From a virus: a stretch of 64,000 nucleotides of DNA. The stretch spans positions 1 to 64,000 of IMG/VR virus record IMGVR_UViG_3300033149_002604; one strand, given 5' to 3'. Positions 36,019 to 47,026 of the stretch are shown piece after piece. Under the pieces are notes generated by a model. It was not told where the DNA came from. It searched no databases and was given only the letters and a program-made list of their open reading frames with translations. Made by a program: the position numbers and the translations under genes. How positions within the stretch are numbered: the first letter of the stretch is position 1; each line of letters begins with the position of its first letter.

Positions 36019-39000
36019 TTAAACTGTTATCCCCCCTGAATCTAGGTCACCATCATAAAGCTGGTCAACGCTTCCGGTGACACTACTACTAGCAATCAAT
36101 CTGAATACATTTCCTGCTACTAAGTTAGCCGAAGCTTCAGCAGATGCGGTGTTTGATTCGTTACCAAAGTAATCAACATCTTTAACAAAAATCTTCACGT
36201 TAGCTGTGTTTGAATATGTATCTATATCTGTAGCAGTCAAAGCATAAACTACGCTGTTTTCAGCATTATTATACCAACCATAGTAACTTCCAGTTCCAAC
36301 CTTTATTCTGTATGAATAGTAATTGTGGTCATTTTCTTGGCTGGCATCCCAACCGAATCGTACACCACCAACTACTGGAACAGCATTAACATTTGTTGGG
36401 GTAGATGGTGCAATGTTTTCTACTTTAAATGGTTGGGAACCGTCAGACAGTATTCCTTGTCCTGTTCTTGAATAGACAATGAATACTAGTGTTGAATATG
36501 GATTTCCGTTGCTGTCTGAATAATTATTATCAAATGTGTAGGTATATTTTTCATCCTTTACAAAAGATGTCCTTAGCAGATTTGTTGATATGGGTGAATC
36601 GTGGTATACTTCTACAACATATCCACCCAAAGGACCGGATGTAAAAGGTGCTGTACTGACGGGGTTCCATTCTATTGTTATGTCTTTGTCAGAAAATGTC
36701 GTTGAATTGGGATTCTGTCCTTTGATATATATTCCAGACGGTGGATCTGGTTTATAGTTTGTTGCTTCTAATGTGACACTAGCAAAAATAGGATCACTAG
36801 ACTTGTATTCAGTATTGGTATATGCTTTAAAATAGTAGGTAGTATCTATTTGTAGTAGGTTATTGATATATTTAGCTTTATTCTTGTCTGCACTTACAGT
36901 TAATAGTGTGGAATACCCATCAACTGAATCCGTTGACCATTCTATTGTGGTATATTTTATATTTGAATCAGTATCAGGTTTGACATAGAATTCAAACCCT
37001 ATCCCTTCTTCTATGTTTACCTGTCGAACTGAAAATTCCACTGGGGGATTTGGTTTCTTGTATGCATTATGTTCTTCTAATGCCGAATAATTGTCCCTTA
37101 CTACAACTATAGAATCTTCACTATAAATTTGTGATAAATGTTCAACTGCACTAACCGAAAGTTCATTGTTGCTATCCCGATTTACTGTAAGTAGCCTAAA
37201 TGGTTTAATATTTCCTTGCTTCCCTATTGCATAAATTGAATCAGATACAGGGGAAGCAGTTGCTGAAAGAACAGATATTTCTTGTAAAGAATTCCCATCA
37301 CTTAAGCCACTTACATCTACCGTTGCTGTTACAAATGAATTTTCTTCGGTGGAGTATCTTATTAAGTACGTAGCACTTACATCGTCAAAAGTGTATGCCT
37401 TATCAAGTGTTATGTCATTACCTGAATACGATAGAATCCTTCCACCTTCACCCCAGCTTGGTAAGGAATGTTGTAGGTAAACTATATCCCCAGCAGTTGC
37501 GTGTAATTTGTCTAGTCCGCATTTAAAATTTACTATGTGTGTGGTGTTTGTGGCCTTGTTTAGTTTGAATTTTAATTCCCTTTCTACACGTTTTCTATCT
37601 GTCAGCCATTTGAACCCAAGCGTTCTTTCAACCGCTTTTGGGATTGTAGAATCGGTTGTTCTTGCTACCAAAGAACGCATCTGGTAGTTAAGGTCTTTAT
37701 CTAAAAACTGACCGTAGATTTTGTAAGGAATTTCAGAAAGCGGAACAAATGACTGTGAAAATTCCTTTATATTCCCTGCCGAAATAAGATGAACTGGTGT
37801 GTCATCCCTGTCAATAACAAAACTATACTTTCCATTTAACCAAACAGGCCAACATCTAAATGAATCACACATTTCAAACAATGCTGTTATAGCAGATTGT
37901 TTACTATCAATCACACCATTCATAGTGTGTAGGTGTTCATATGATGATGTTGAATTTTTAAGTTCTACATCTGAAATCGTGAATGATACATTGTTTCCTT
38001 CTGAATCAGAATTGCTTATGTCTAATGAAAGCGCACGTATTCCACCAACAGTAGGGGTAAATGTTATTTGATGTGTTCCAGATGAAATACCTGTTTTTGA
38101 TCCAAGCAAAACGTGTGAACCATCAAAGGTATCACCATATATATAGATATCAGAAGTTTCGCTTAGTGAACTAAATGTGATTGAAAATGTATGTTCAACA
38201 TTTGTTGATAGGCTTGCATTAAATCTAAAGTTGACACTGTATTCCCTTGATTGTCCATCAGAACTTATTGTTCTAGCAGATGAATCACTGGAACCATTTC
38301 CAACAGTAAATGCCCAATAATTAGCCCATTCTGAATTATCCCCACCATCATACCAGCCAAGGTAATCTATTTGATCTGCTGCCCACTTCTTATGACAGAA
38401 TTTGATAGCATCTATTACACCATTTGTATACAAATCTGATTCAGACAGATACTTTCCTATTCCATATCTGGAATTTAGAAGTAGGTCCCTAACACAGAGC
38501 ATCGCATTTTCAGAATATTCTTTTGTATAGGTGGATTCATCCCAAGTTCTTACTGATCCACCTGCTGTTTCAAATTGGTCTAAGGTTTCATTATAGAATA
38601 ATTCATCGAATTTTTCTGTTCCACTATGATCTGGAACATCTACCTTCAGTCCACGTATCAAGGTTTTTATACTTGGTATTCCACCAGACAGTTGGCCTGT
38701 TGCTTTTATTCTTAGGCCAAGCAATGCTGTGTTAGGGTATATAAAATTACCGTATACTGATTCAATAACTGAATCCAATGTTATTCTATCAGCCTTCTTC
38801 ATATCGGAAGATGCGGCTGTAGTTCTTCGCAACCTGATGGTATATACTCCATTTCCACTTCCACCAGATACAGTTGTGAAATCAATCGTGTGTGCTTGTA
38901 GAACAGGGGTATTTGATTGACCACTGATTGTAGCAGTTGAAAGACTTTGTGACTGGCTGGTTATATTTGCTTCCATACCAACAGTCACGCTTCCAGAAAA

Positions 39001-40314
39001 ACTAACCATATACCCTCTTATTGGATATTCATGGTCTGATGTTGTTCTTCTTGAGAGGATCTTATTACCCACTGAATCATAAGCATCAAAATGAATATAT
39101 GTTGTCCACGTAGGATTATCTCTAGTTCCCCCACCAACTGAACCAATATGGGTTACTTTTACCCGAATTGCTTCCGTTTTATAAGTCCTGTATTCTCCAT
39201 CTGAATACCTATCACATTTAATGTAAGTTGGATTATCAGAAGTTGGATACCACCGTTGTGAAGTATAAAATGTATGCCAAGTTCCTTCACTTTCTTCCTT
39301 GAATTGAATGCTATATTCTACTGAAGTTCCTTGTAGAGCTTGTCCTGTGGCATCATATAGAGCATCAGCCTTGACAGTTAATGTAACTGCATCAACTTCC
39401 TTTTGTGTAGTATATTCAACCCAATCCGTGATGATTTCCCTTCCATCATCTACCTGTACACGTGCTTGGTTAAGGTGTGGTATAGGGTTTTGAACAAATG
39501 GGTAATATTCGTCATAAGTTGAATCAGGTTTGTTCGTTCCAGTTCTGTACCACCAAGTTACATTATCATAGTTTCTAAGCGGTTGGTCATTTATATAGAT
39601 AGCAGGATTTTTGTATGAAGAACTTGATGGATCTGAAGTTGTACAAACTTGGGTATGGTCAGCTTCTTGACATATTCCGTCTATTTCACCTTCACTTAAG
39701 GCCAATAATAAATTCAAATAGTTATCATTTCCTATGTGTTCAGTATAGGCAGAAATAATATTTCCACCGACCATTGTGGTTCCATAAACAACAGGAACGG
39801 GGGAATCTGCTCTAGCCAAGGTCTGTATTCCTGACCAATTATAGGTTGGTGTGGACTTACCACCTTCTGGTAATGATGGAAGATCTGGTGTAAATAGTAA
39901 GGATGATATACCAGAAAGTACTAGAGATATTCCAGCAAAAAGGATACGGGAAGTCCAAGTTGCAGCATTGATTCCCCAAGTTCCTGCTAATGCCCCGCCT
40001 AAGTATGGAGCAAAGGCAATAGCAGCAACCCCTACTGCAATGAACACAAACCCTAAGAAGTTTCTATCTCCACCTTCCAATCTTGATACAATTACAATTT
40101 CATCATCTTGCTTTACAAAGGTAGAATGCCATTTATTGACTTCTAAAGGTTTTCCATTCAGAAAAATAGCTACCTTTTCTTTGATAACCCGATCGTATAT
40201 TTCGTCACCGACTTGCTTTGCATACTGGTATACTACTTCAAGCAAGTGTCCTTCTTGAATTTCCTTGAATTCTGACTTTTCTTCAAATATGTTTCGATAT
40301 GTTACATATGGCAT
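36019..40314 (-). CDS. Tail tip / host-specificity protein (lambda J-like, with N-terminal gpI-like domain and FN3 domains)
   Basis: PVPVVYGTTMVGGNII, LALSEGEIDGI, YPNTALLGLRIKATGQLSG, GDIVYLQH. Confidence 0.88.
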   Translation of the reverse strand: MPYVTYRNIFEEKSEFKEIQEGHLLEVVYQYAKQVGDEIYDRVIKEKVAIFLNGKPLEVNKWHSTFVKQDDEIVIVSRLEGGDRNFLGFVFIAVGVAAIAFAPYLGGALAGTWGINAATWTSRILFAGISLVLSGISSLLFTPDLPSLPEGGKSTPTYNWSGIQTLARADSPVPVVYGTTMVGGNIISAYTEHIGNDNYLNLLLALSEGEIDGICQEADHTQVCTTSDPSSSSYKNPAIYINDQPLRNYDNVTWWYRTGTNKPDSTYDEYYPFVQNPIPHLNQARVQVDDGREIITDWVEYTTQKEVDAVTLTVKADALYDATGQALQGTSVEYSIQFKEESEGTWHTFYTSQRWYPTSDNPTYIKCDRYSDGEYRTYKTEAIRVKVTHIGSVGGGTRDNPTWTTYIHFDAYDSVGNKILSRRTTSDHEYPIRGYMVSFSGSVTVGMEANITSQSQSLSTATISGQSNTPVLQAHTIDFTTVSGGSGNGVYTIRLRRTTAASSDMKKADRITLDSVIESVYGNFIYPNTALLGLRIKATGQLSGGIPSIKTLIRGLKVDVPDHSGTEKFDELFYNETLDQFETAGGSVRTWDESTYTKEYSENAMLCVRDLLLNSRYGIGKYLSESDLYTNGVIDAIKFCHKKWAADQIDYLGWYDGGDNSEWANYWAFTVGNGSSDSSARTISSDGQSREYSVNFRFNASLSTNVEHTFSITFSSLSETSDIYIYGDTFDGSHVLLGSKTGISSGTHQITFTPTVGGIRALSLDISNSDSEGNNVSFTISDVELKNSTSSYEHLHTMNGVIDSKQSAITALFEMCDSFRCWPVWLNGKYSFVIDRDDTPVHLISAGNIKEFSQSFVPLSEIPYKIYGQFLDKDLNYQMRSLVARTTDSTIPKAVERTLGFKWLTDRKRVERELKFKLNKATNTTHIVNFKCGLDKLHATAGDIVYLQHSLPSWGEGGRILSYSGNDITLDKAYTFDDVSATYLIRYSTEENSFVTATVDVSGLSDGNSLQEISVLSATASPVSDSIYAIGKQGNIKPFRLLTVNRDSNNELSVSAVEHLSQIYSEDSIVVVRDNYSALEEHNAYKKPNPPVEFSVRQVNIEEGIGFEFYVKPDTDSNIKYTTIEWSTDSVDGYSTLLTVSADKNKAKYINNLLQIDTTYYFKAYTNTEYKSSDPIFASVTLEATNYKPDPPSGIYIKGQNPNSTTFSDKDITIEWNPVSTAPFTSGPLGGYVVEVYHDSPISTNLLRTSFVKDEKYTYTFDNNYSDSNGNPYSTLVFIVYSRTGQGILSDGSQPFKVENIAPSTPTNVNAVPVVGGVRFGWDASQENDHNYYSYRIKVGTGSYYGWYNNAENSVVYALTATDIDTYSNTANVKIFVKDVDYFGNESNTASAEASANLVAGNVFRLIASSSVTGSVDQLYDGDLDSGGITV

Positions 40315-40727
40315 AGCTTTTCTTCAGTCTTTGAATATCGCATTGCTAAGTAAATGTCACTTCTGTATTTATCTAAACTTTCTATTATTGATGTAGAATC
40401 AAAGAATATGTGTAATATTCTGTTTCTGCCAACATAGAGACCTATATGGTTCACGACTTCTCTACAATTAAGATAAAGAAGGATTCCATCAAATATTCTG
40501 TAGGGTGGTGTGACTTTATACCATCCTTCATAGGTATTGTCTAAGATTATATTCTCCCCTCTTAAGAACCATCGCTTATCATAGGTAAGTTCTTCAAAAG
40601 ATGGTAGATCTATTCCTAGTATTTCTTTATACACCAAACACACTAATCCGTAACAATCCACACCATCAAAACTTCTACCCCTATTTTTAAATGGAATCCC
40701 TATGAATCTACTGAAATCAATAGCCAT
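40302..40727 (-). CDS. NlpC/P60 tail assembly protein (lambda K-like)
   Basis: FIGIPF...GRSFDGVDCYGLV, HIGLYVG..RILH. Confidence 0.88.
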   Translation of the reverse strand: MAIDFSRFIGIPFKNRGRSFDGVDCYGLVCLVYKEILGIDLPSFEELTYDKRWFLRGENIILDNTYEGWYKVTPPYRIFDGILLYLNCREVVNHIGLYVGRNRILHIFFDSTSIIESLDKYRSDIYLAMRYSKTEEKLCHM

Positions 40728-41425
40728 TATACTACCACAAAAGCTTTTGGTGGAATTGATGGAAATCCACCAAACCTACTAGAATTTTTACGTAGTCTAC
40801 AATCTTCTAATGTAAAATTACAATCAGTCCAAGATGCAGCTATATTTCCATCAGGATCACATTCATTACTTTTAAATTCCCATTGACATTCCCTACCATA
40901 AGTTCTTCCTGGAACAGTTATCTTTTTTATGTCAAATTTGGATTTGCAGGTGAATTGGACTACCTGTTCATTTGTCATCACCGAATCAATGTAGAACTTT
41001 TCTTTCATATGTGATCTATAGTCTGGTGAAGTTCCTATGTGGTATGCTGTACTTCCACTAGGTAGAAATGGTGCAAATGTAGTTAAAACATACACTTCAC
41101 ATCCACGTAAGTTAGATCTATCTTGTATATAAGATTCCAGTTGTCTATCAACATTGGGGACAGAAACGGTAAAGGTGCCAATTTCACCTGAAATATTCGA
41201 TCCAAAATCTTCCCTTTCTATCTTTGCTTTATAGTACAGTTCTTCAGAGGCGGTTACATCACCACTTGCATTTAACTTGTATCCATAAATATTCTGATTG
41301 CTGTTTACAAAGTATAGGTATTCTGTACCTGTCGGTGATGCATTTACAACGAACATATCTAATGGATATGTTCCAGACAGCTTTGCTTGTTCTTCAGAAA
41401 ATGTTGCAGTTACTGAATAAGGCAT
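40727..41425 (-). CDS. Minor tail protein (lambda L-like)
   Basis: C-terminal Cys cluster CQWEFKSNEC...CNFTLEDC...RFGGFPSIP. Confidence 0.8.
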   Translation of the reverse strand: MPYSVTATFSEEQAKLSGTYPLDMFVVNASPTGTEYLYFVNSNQNIYGYKLNASGDVTASEELYYKAKIEREDFGSNISGEIGTFTVSVPNVDRQLESYIQDRSNLRGCEVYVLTTFAPFLPSGSTAYHIGTSPDYRSHMKEKFYIDSVMTNEQVVQFTCKSKFDIKKITVPGRTYGRECQWEFKSNECDPDGNIAASWTDCNFTLEDCRLRKNSSRFGGFPSIPPKAFVVV

Positions 41426-41427
41426 CT

Positions 41428-42102
41428 TTACCTCACCTTATACTTACTTATAAACGCCACAGTCCCACTTCTCATATAGCCACCAAAACCAGTTTTGGAC
41501 AAATTTCCACCAATATAGTCGGTCTGTGTGAAGTTTTGTAATGGATCTTGTGCAAAATAGACTTCATATATAGGATAAGCATTAGCATTATTTTGTGAAT
41601 CTGTTAGTGATAAGTTTCCGTAATCTTTGGAAATTGTCAATCTGGTTGCAGAATTGATGGTGGTTATGTTACCAATTCTAAATCCATTTCCATTCCACAA
41701 TAGAAGATAATTTGCTTTCATATTTGTCGTAGCAGAATAATCTAGTGTGGAATCAATAACCACTTGCCAGTCACCTGCTACTGAAGCAACGGTTGTGGGG
41801 GTGTACCCAGAAGACCAATCGACTGTGAAAAAGGAATTTAGTTGGGATTTTCTGTTGGAAACAAAGTGTTCGATCTGTTTGTATTCTTTATGGAAAATGT
41901 TTGAATAAACATAGTTGATTGATAGTGTTGGTTCTGCTTTCTGTCGGGTTGTAAGGATAGCTTCATCAAATTGTGAAATCAAATTATGATAGATTTTCTT
42001 GCTGAAACATCCATCATTTGGTTCCCACAATTTGTATGTAATGTGGTTTATAGTCCCAACAGATTCAGTAGTACTAACTGTTCCAATAGGAAACAATATC
42101 AA
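41428..42102 (-). CDS. Distal tail protein (putative)
   Basis: Position directly after the tape measure gene and before the L-like gene. Confidence 0.55.
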   Translation of the reverse strand: MILFPIGTVSTTESVGTINHITYKLWEPNDGCFSKKIYHNLISQFDEAILTTRQKAEPTLSINYVYSNIFHKEYKQIEHFVSNRKSQLNSFFTVDWSSGYTPTTVASVAGDWQVVIDSTLDYSATTNMKANYLLLWNGNGFRIGNITTINSATRLTISKDYGNLSLTDSQNNANAYPIYEVYFAQDPLQNFTQTDYIGGNLSKTGFGGYMRSGTVAFISKYKVR

Positions 42103-42116
42103 TCTAACTCACTCTC

Positions 42117-45100
42117 CTAAGCACTTCTAATGGCCTTGGCTGTTCTTCCTAAGTTATTTAAATCCCTACCAATTGTGTTTATGATCACATTTCTTCCAGG
42201 ATTTGCTGCCATAGCCATTGCAATGTCTTCTTGTGTCAACAGATTCAAAATCAAGATATCACGTCCACTTTGATCCCTAATATATCCACTAACTTCATTA
42301 GATTTTATATTTTCTTCTGGTATAACAATTTCTTTTTTGCTTGGATTGTCTCCAAGGATTGCCAACGTCGGTCTATTAACCAGCCCACCTTCAGAAAATG
42401 CTTTAAATGCTTCAATTTGTGGAAACACTCCACCAGTAGCACCACTCATAGCCTTTGCTTCCCACCCAGTTGCCGGTGCTGCTGGTGATTTAGTAAAACG
42501 TCCTACAATGCCGGTAATTGCCTGCATTACTAACCATCTAATGATAATCCTATTAATATCGTCTATTATTGATGCAAAAAATTTCTTAAAGTTTCTACCA
42601 GCATGATCTAGCTGTGTTAGTGTTGTCTGAATAGCATCTGTGAACCCATCTGCAAATTGGTTGACGGTATCAATTGTCAAATCTTTGATAAACGAATTAG
42701 TATCTTTGATACTTCGGTTTAGTTCTTTCCAAGCCCCATAAACTGGATGTTGTAATTCCAACAACTTTATGTGAAGCCGTACTTCCTGTCCTACTGTATC
42801 CTTTATTTGCTTTTCTAGTCGCAGCCTTGTCTGATCATTCTCTGTTCTTTTGTATCTGGCTTCTAAGTCTTTTCTGTTTAATTCAACTATTTCTAATCTT
42901 TTCTTTAATATTTTCTCTTCTGAAGCTCCACTTTCTTTTAAATATGCCAATTCCCTTTCTTTTTGAATTAAGGCAATCTGTGTTGTCTTAGAAATCCTGT
43001 CTAATTCAGTCCTTCTAGCCTTATCTTCAATCGAAGCTTTTCTTCTCAGCTTATCATTCTCAGCCAGTATATCTTGTTGTTTCTTCATCTGTTCGGCAAT
43101 TTCAGTATTTATTCCTAGCTGCTTTGCATTTATTGTGTTGATCAATAATGTGTTGTAGTTGATTTCTTTCTGTAGTTCTGTACGTTCATCTAACAACTCA
43201 TTAATCTTTTTCTGTTCCTCTCTAGTGACAATTCCGCCAGCAGTCATTTTGTTTATTTCAATGTCTATATCCTTAATCTTAATCTGCCTGATTTTGTTTT
43301 CCGTCTTTAATCTGTTTACAATCTCTCTGTTAATCTCAGATACTTTCCGATTAGACTCTCCAAGTTTGGAGTTAAATTCTCGTTGTAAAGAATTAAGACG
43401 TTTTTGAGCATCTGCTGCGCTTTCTAAGAGCTTAGTTGTTTTAGCACCAAAGGTTCCCTCTTTCAATCCTGTTTGCAATGCTTGGTTTATTAGCTTGTTC
43501 CTCTCTTTCTCAGCCTCAATCATTTTTCCTCTAAGTCTAGCCAATTCTTTATTGACATCTTTACTCTTCTCTTCTAATCCATATGCCTCTTTTAGTTTTT
43601 CAAATCGCCTTATTAGATCTTGTCTCTGTTCCTTTGTAAGCTTCTTAAAGCCAACAGCAAGTTTACCTGTTTTTTCTCTAATGCCTTCCAGTCCTTTTTG
43701 GTATTGTTGTACTCCAGCAACATTAAGGGCTTTCACCAATTCTTCTCTTTCTTTTTTTAGCTTATTTAACTCACCAACATCAAAACCCGTAACAAACACA
43801 TCTCCACCCAACTCTTGTACCTTCTTTATTTCCGAAGTTAGCTTCTCAATCCGAGTACTAATAGTCTCTATCCTAAGTAGAATGGCTTCCTTCTGACGAT
43901 CTGTTATTATAATTTGGTCATCTTTTGATCTTAATCTTTCCCTAATTTCATCAGTCACATCTTTTATTTCTGCTTCATCAACAAAAGACTTTATCTGCTC
44001 TTTTAACCAATTAGTAAAGGGCTTTACGGCTTGTACTATATATTTCTTCCACAGTCCTCCTAATCGTTTGATTTGGTCACCTAAGTTATCCAGTTGTTTT
44101 TCTTCCAAGTCTGTTGCTTTTATTAGTTCACTATGTGCATCCTGTCTCGCTTTTTCCCACTCATCATAATTCTCCAATAAGACCCTAAAAATTGGGGTAG
44201 CTCTAATTCCCAAATTCTGAAAAGCCACACTTAACTCGGCTACGCTTGTTTTTCCTTCTACCAACCTCTGGTGTAATTCCTTAAAAATATTGCTTAATTT
44301 TAGCGGTTTGGTAACATCAATCTCTTGTATTAATCCCAATTCCTTTCTAAACTTCTCTGGTGCTCTAGAAATTCTTGAAATCATTGTAGTAAACGCACGA
44401 CCTGCACGACTTCCTTTGATCATATGATCGTTTGCAACGGCCAGATAGGCTGTTAGGTCTTCTAAACTGACACCCGCCATCTTTGCAGCAGCACTAGCAT
44501 ACTTATATCCATCTGTCAGTTCACTAATTTCAATCTGATGTTTAGCCCAAGCGGTTGACATTATATTTACTATATGCTGGAATTTTTGTTCGGTGCTAAG
44601 AACGTCATCCATTTGTTCACCGAAGTTATTATAGACACCAGCTACAGACTTAGTAACTTCCCGCAAATCCCCCTCAGTTGCAACCGCTAATGACATTACT
44701 GCATTAAACGCAGCTAGTGATTCCTCAGCAGATAGCCCAGCAGAACCTAACTGATATAAAGCTTCACCTGACTGCTGCCAATCAGCAGCATGGGTAACAG
44801 TAGCTTCTACCATCACTTTCATATATTTTTCAGCAATCTCTGTATTACTCATCCACTCAGATCGTGCTGTACGCAATGCTCTAGCAAGCTGCTTTTGTGA
44901 CTCGGTTATATCATCAATAGTATCTCTAAGTCCACGATATGCTGCCCAATACGCACGTAGTTGTATAAACCAGCCAAGACGCATTTTAAACCATGCTGGG
45001 GAAAACATTTCAAACGGTGAGCCACGTCTCTGTATCCTCTTCTGTTCTTTTGCTAGTCTGCTTAGTTCTCTTGTTTGATTTCTCGTCAGTCTTGCTCCAA

Positions 45101-46214
45101 GTTCTTTTTGTTTGTTTAAATTTCGATATAAAGCAAGCCGATTCTGTTCTACATTCATGTTGATCTGAAGTTCAGCTCTAAGTTTAGCTTCTTCTATCCT
45201 TAATTTCCTAACAGCAGCCCAACGTTTTTTTTCTGCTTCCGTGATACTTTTTGCTACCATTAGCTGTGTTTCATATTTTGCTTCTTCTAAAGGAATCCCT
45301 TTAAATTTAGGTAACTTGAGGGAAGCAGCATACAGCTTCTTGTATTCCTTAATTTGTTTTTCTGTTAATTGCACCCCTAGTTTCTGTCGCTGTTCTAGGC
45401 TTCGCAACAATTCAAGCCTGTTCTGTTCAACATTGATTCCTTGGCTTATTTCTGTTCTAAGTCGGGCTTCTTTGATTGTAATTTCATCTAATCTTTCTGA
45501 TCTTCGCTTCAAGGCCAGTGCTACATCAGATTCTTGTTTAACTAGATTTTGAACTTCAAACTTTCTCTGTGCTTTATATGCTTCATGTAGTTTTTTAGCA
45601 ACGTTTTCGATTTCAGGGGCCAACTTCTGAAGATCCTTTCCAGCAGCTTTAAGAATCATATTAATATCTTTTTTGATTTCTGGTGTGGTCATCTTAAAGT
45701 CTTCAAGGATCTTGCTCATATCCAACGCTTCCCGCAATTCCTTGGATATATTTTTCCTTTTAAGACTTTCTGCCTGTCTTTGTATTTCACTGAAGATAGT
45801 AGTACCTAACTTTTCACTTGCAGGTCGTCTTCCTTTTGTTCCGATAGATATAGAAGATAGGGTATCAGCAAATTCAAGAACGGGGGAATTTAGTTTCCTT
45901 ATTGCCTGATTCCATGCACGTGCAAACTGATCAGCATTTTTTTCAGCACCCTTAACAGCGTCACCTAGATTTACTTTTATGTTCTTACCAAACTTGACAA
46001 GTTTATTGTTTACACTATCTAGTAACTGTCTGGTTCCACTTATAGAATCTCTTGCTGCTTTGAACGGATCACCTTTTATTATACCTTTTAAAGATGTCTG
46101 CTGTAATTTTTGCTTAAACTTGTCTATGTCAACTAGGGCATTTTTTATTCCCCTGTTGACAGCACTAGCATCTACGCCTATTGATACATTAAGACCACCT
46201 ATATTAACAGGCAC
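42117..46214 (-). CDS. Tail tape measure protein
   Basis: 1365-aa helical protein; TP901-type core (LYQLGSAG, YASAAAKMAGVSLEDL, IKGSRAGRA); C-terminal FSEGGLV.RPTLAILGD. Confidence 0.92.
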   Translation of the reverse strand: MPVNIGGLNVSIGVDASAVNRGIKNALVDIDKFKQKLQQTSLKGIIKGDPFKAARDSISGTRQLLDSVNNKLVKFGKNIKVNLGDAVKGAEKNADQFARAWNQAIRKLNSPVLEFADTLSSISIGTKGRRPASEKLGTTIFSEIQRQAESLKRKNISKELREALDMSKILEDFKMTTPEIKKDINMILKAAGKDLQKLAPEIENVAKKLHEAYKAQRKFEVQNLVKQESDVALALKRRSERLDEITIKEARLRTEISQGINVEQNRLELLRSLEQRQKLGVQLTEKQIKEYKKLYAASLKLPKFKGIPLEEAKYETQLMVAKSITEAEKKRWAAVRKLRIEEAKLRAELQINMNVEQNRLALYRNLNKQKELGARLTRNQTRELSRLAKEQKRIQRRGSPFEMFSPAWFKMRLGWFIQLRAYWAAYRGLRDTIDDITESQKQLARALRTARSEWMSNTEIAEKYMKVMVEATVTHAADWQQSGEALYQLGSAGLSAEESLAAFNAVMSLAVATEGDLREVTKSVAGVYNNFGEQMDDVLSTEQKFQHIVNIMSTAWAKHQIEISELTDGYKYASAAAKMAGVSLEDLTAYLAVANDHMIKGSRAGRAFTTMISRISRAPEKFRKELGLIQEIDVTKPLKLSNIFKELHQRLVEGKTSVAELSVAFQNLGIRATPIFRVLLENYDEWEKARQDAHSELIKATDLEEKQLDNLGDQIKRLGGLWKKYIVQAVKPFTNWLKEQIKSFVDEAEIKDVTDEIRERLRSKDDQIIITDRQKEAILLRIETISTRIEKLTSEIKKVQELGGDVFVTGFDVGELNKLKKEREELVKALNVAGVQQYQKGLEGIREKTGKLAVGFKKLTKEQRQDLIRRFEKLKEAYGLEEKSKDVNKELARLRGKMIEAEKERNKLINQALQTGLKEGTFGAKTTKLLESAADAQKRLNSLQREFNSKLGESNRKVSEINREIVNRLKTENKIRQIKIKDIDIEINKMTAGGIVTREEQKKINELLDERTELQKEINYNTLLINTINAKQLGINTEIAEQMKKQQDILAENDKLRRKASIEDKARRTELDRISKTTQIALIQKERELAYLKESGASEEKILKKRLEIVELNRKDLEARYKRTENDQTRLRLEKQIKDTVGQEVRLHIKLLELQHPVYGAWKELNRSIKDTNSFIKDLTIDTVNQFADGFTDAIQTTLTQLDHAGRNFKKFFASIIDDINRIIIRWLVMQAITGIVGRFTKSPAAPATGWEAKAMSGATGGVFPQIEAFKAFSEGGLVNRPTLAILGDNPSKKEIVIPEENIKSNEVSGYIRDQSGRDILILNLLTQEDIAMAMAANPGRNVIINTIGRDLNNLGRTAKAIRSA

Positions 46215-46646
46215 TTATTGTTCAGCTCCTTGTTTCTTTTTCTTCGGATTATTGATAATTGGGATTCCTGCCATAGATAGCATTCTACCAACATTCTTGG
46301 GTTTGGTTATTTTGTCAAAATCCAGCTTGTCCATAAACGCTTTCCATTCATTACTTTTAGTAGAAGCTTCTTTCTTTGAATAACTGGGTGACATACAATA
46401 AACAGCTTTGCCAAATATAATAGCCATCATCCGCTGATTATCTATTTCTATCTTCTTGGCTTTTTCGTAAAACAGATAGACTTGATCTATGGTATAGGTA
46501 TGTTTTAGGTCATCAAGTGAATGTCCACGTTCAATCAGGAATTGAAAGATTTCACCTAGTGAAAGTAGATGCTTTTTACTTACCTTTACTAACCCTCTCT
46601 GAGAGCTATCCGCAGAGGGCTTTATTCTCTCAGAGAGGTGAATGCG
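46215..46646 (-). CDS. Tail assembly chaperone GT, -1 frame extension
   Basis: Open -1 frame from slippery site: RIHLSERIK...LGEIFQFLIERGHSLDDLKHTYTIDQVYLFYEKAKK...MMAIIFG to stop at 46215. Confidence 0.8.
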   Translation of the reverse strand, partial: RIHLSERIKPSADSSQRGLVKVSKKHLLSLGEIFQFLIERGHSLDDLKHTYTIDQVYLFYEKAKKIEIDNQRMMAIIFGKAVYCMSPSYSKKEASTKSNEWKAFMDKLDFDKITKPKNVGRMLSMAGIPIINNPKKKKQGAEQ

Positions 46647-46652
46647 TTTTTT
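46594..46652 (-). promoter_or_regulatory. -1 programmed ribosomal frameshift signal
   Basis: Slippery A-AAA-AAC (46652-46646), 7-nt spacer, 12-bp stem CCTCTCTGAGAG/CTCTCAGAGAGG. Confidence 0.85.
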
Positions 46653-47008
46653 ATTACTTCTTTATTCTGGTTAAATATAGTAAAGGCAAGTTTTATCCCA
46701 GTAGCCATGTCTAGGTCGGCTATTTCCTTTTCTTCCATATCCACAGAAATCTTGATTACCTTCAAAACTTCATCTGAAATCATAGAAAATAGCTTGGCAA
46801 TGAAGGTATAGGGAATAGTATCCCCACTAAATATCTTTTCTATATCTATCCCTGCTGCTTCTACCTTGGTAATGGCATTGTCTAAGATTTCAGCCAATTC
46901 AAACAGTTTTCCAAATGTCCAAGGTTTTACAACAATGTTACCGACCTTAACTTCTGAAAAAAGAATGGCCTCTTCAGGCTTTTCTTTTTTATCCTTTTTT
47001 TCTACCAT
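46622..47008 (-). CDS. Tail assembly chaperone G
   Basis: Between tail tube and tape measure genes; ends in slippery IKN; RBS GGAGG. Confidence 0.8.
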   Translation of the reverse strand: MVEKKDKKEKPEEAILFSEVKVGNIVVKPWTFGKLFELAEILDNAITKVEAAGIDIEKIFSGDTIPYTFIAKLFSMISDEVLKVIKISVDMEEKEIADLDMATGIKLAFTIFNQNKEVIKNAFTSLRE

Positions 47009-47026
47009 AAGTCCTCCAATTCAGGA

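Noticed and set aside
19710-46383. Numerous antisense ORFs (e.g. 20265-20816, 23738-24295, 43495-43896)
   Set aside because: They lie opposite well-supported genes and have Ser/Leu/Phe-rich composition typical of antisense frames.
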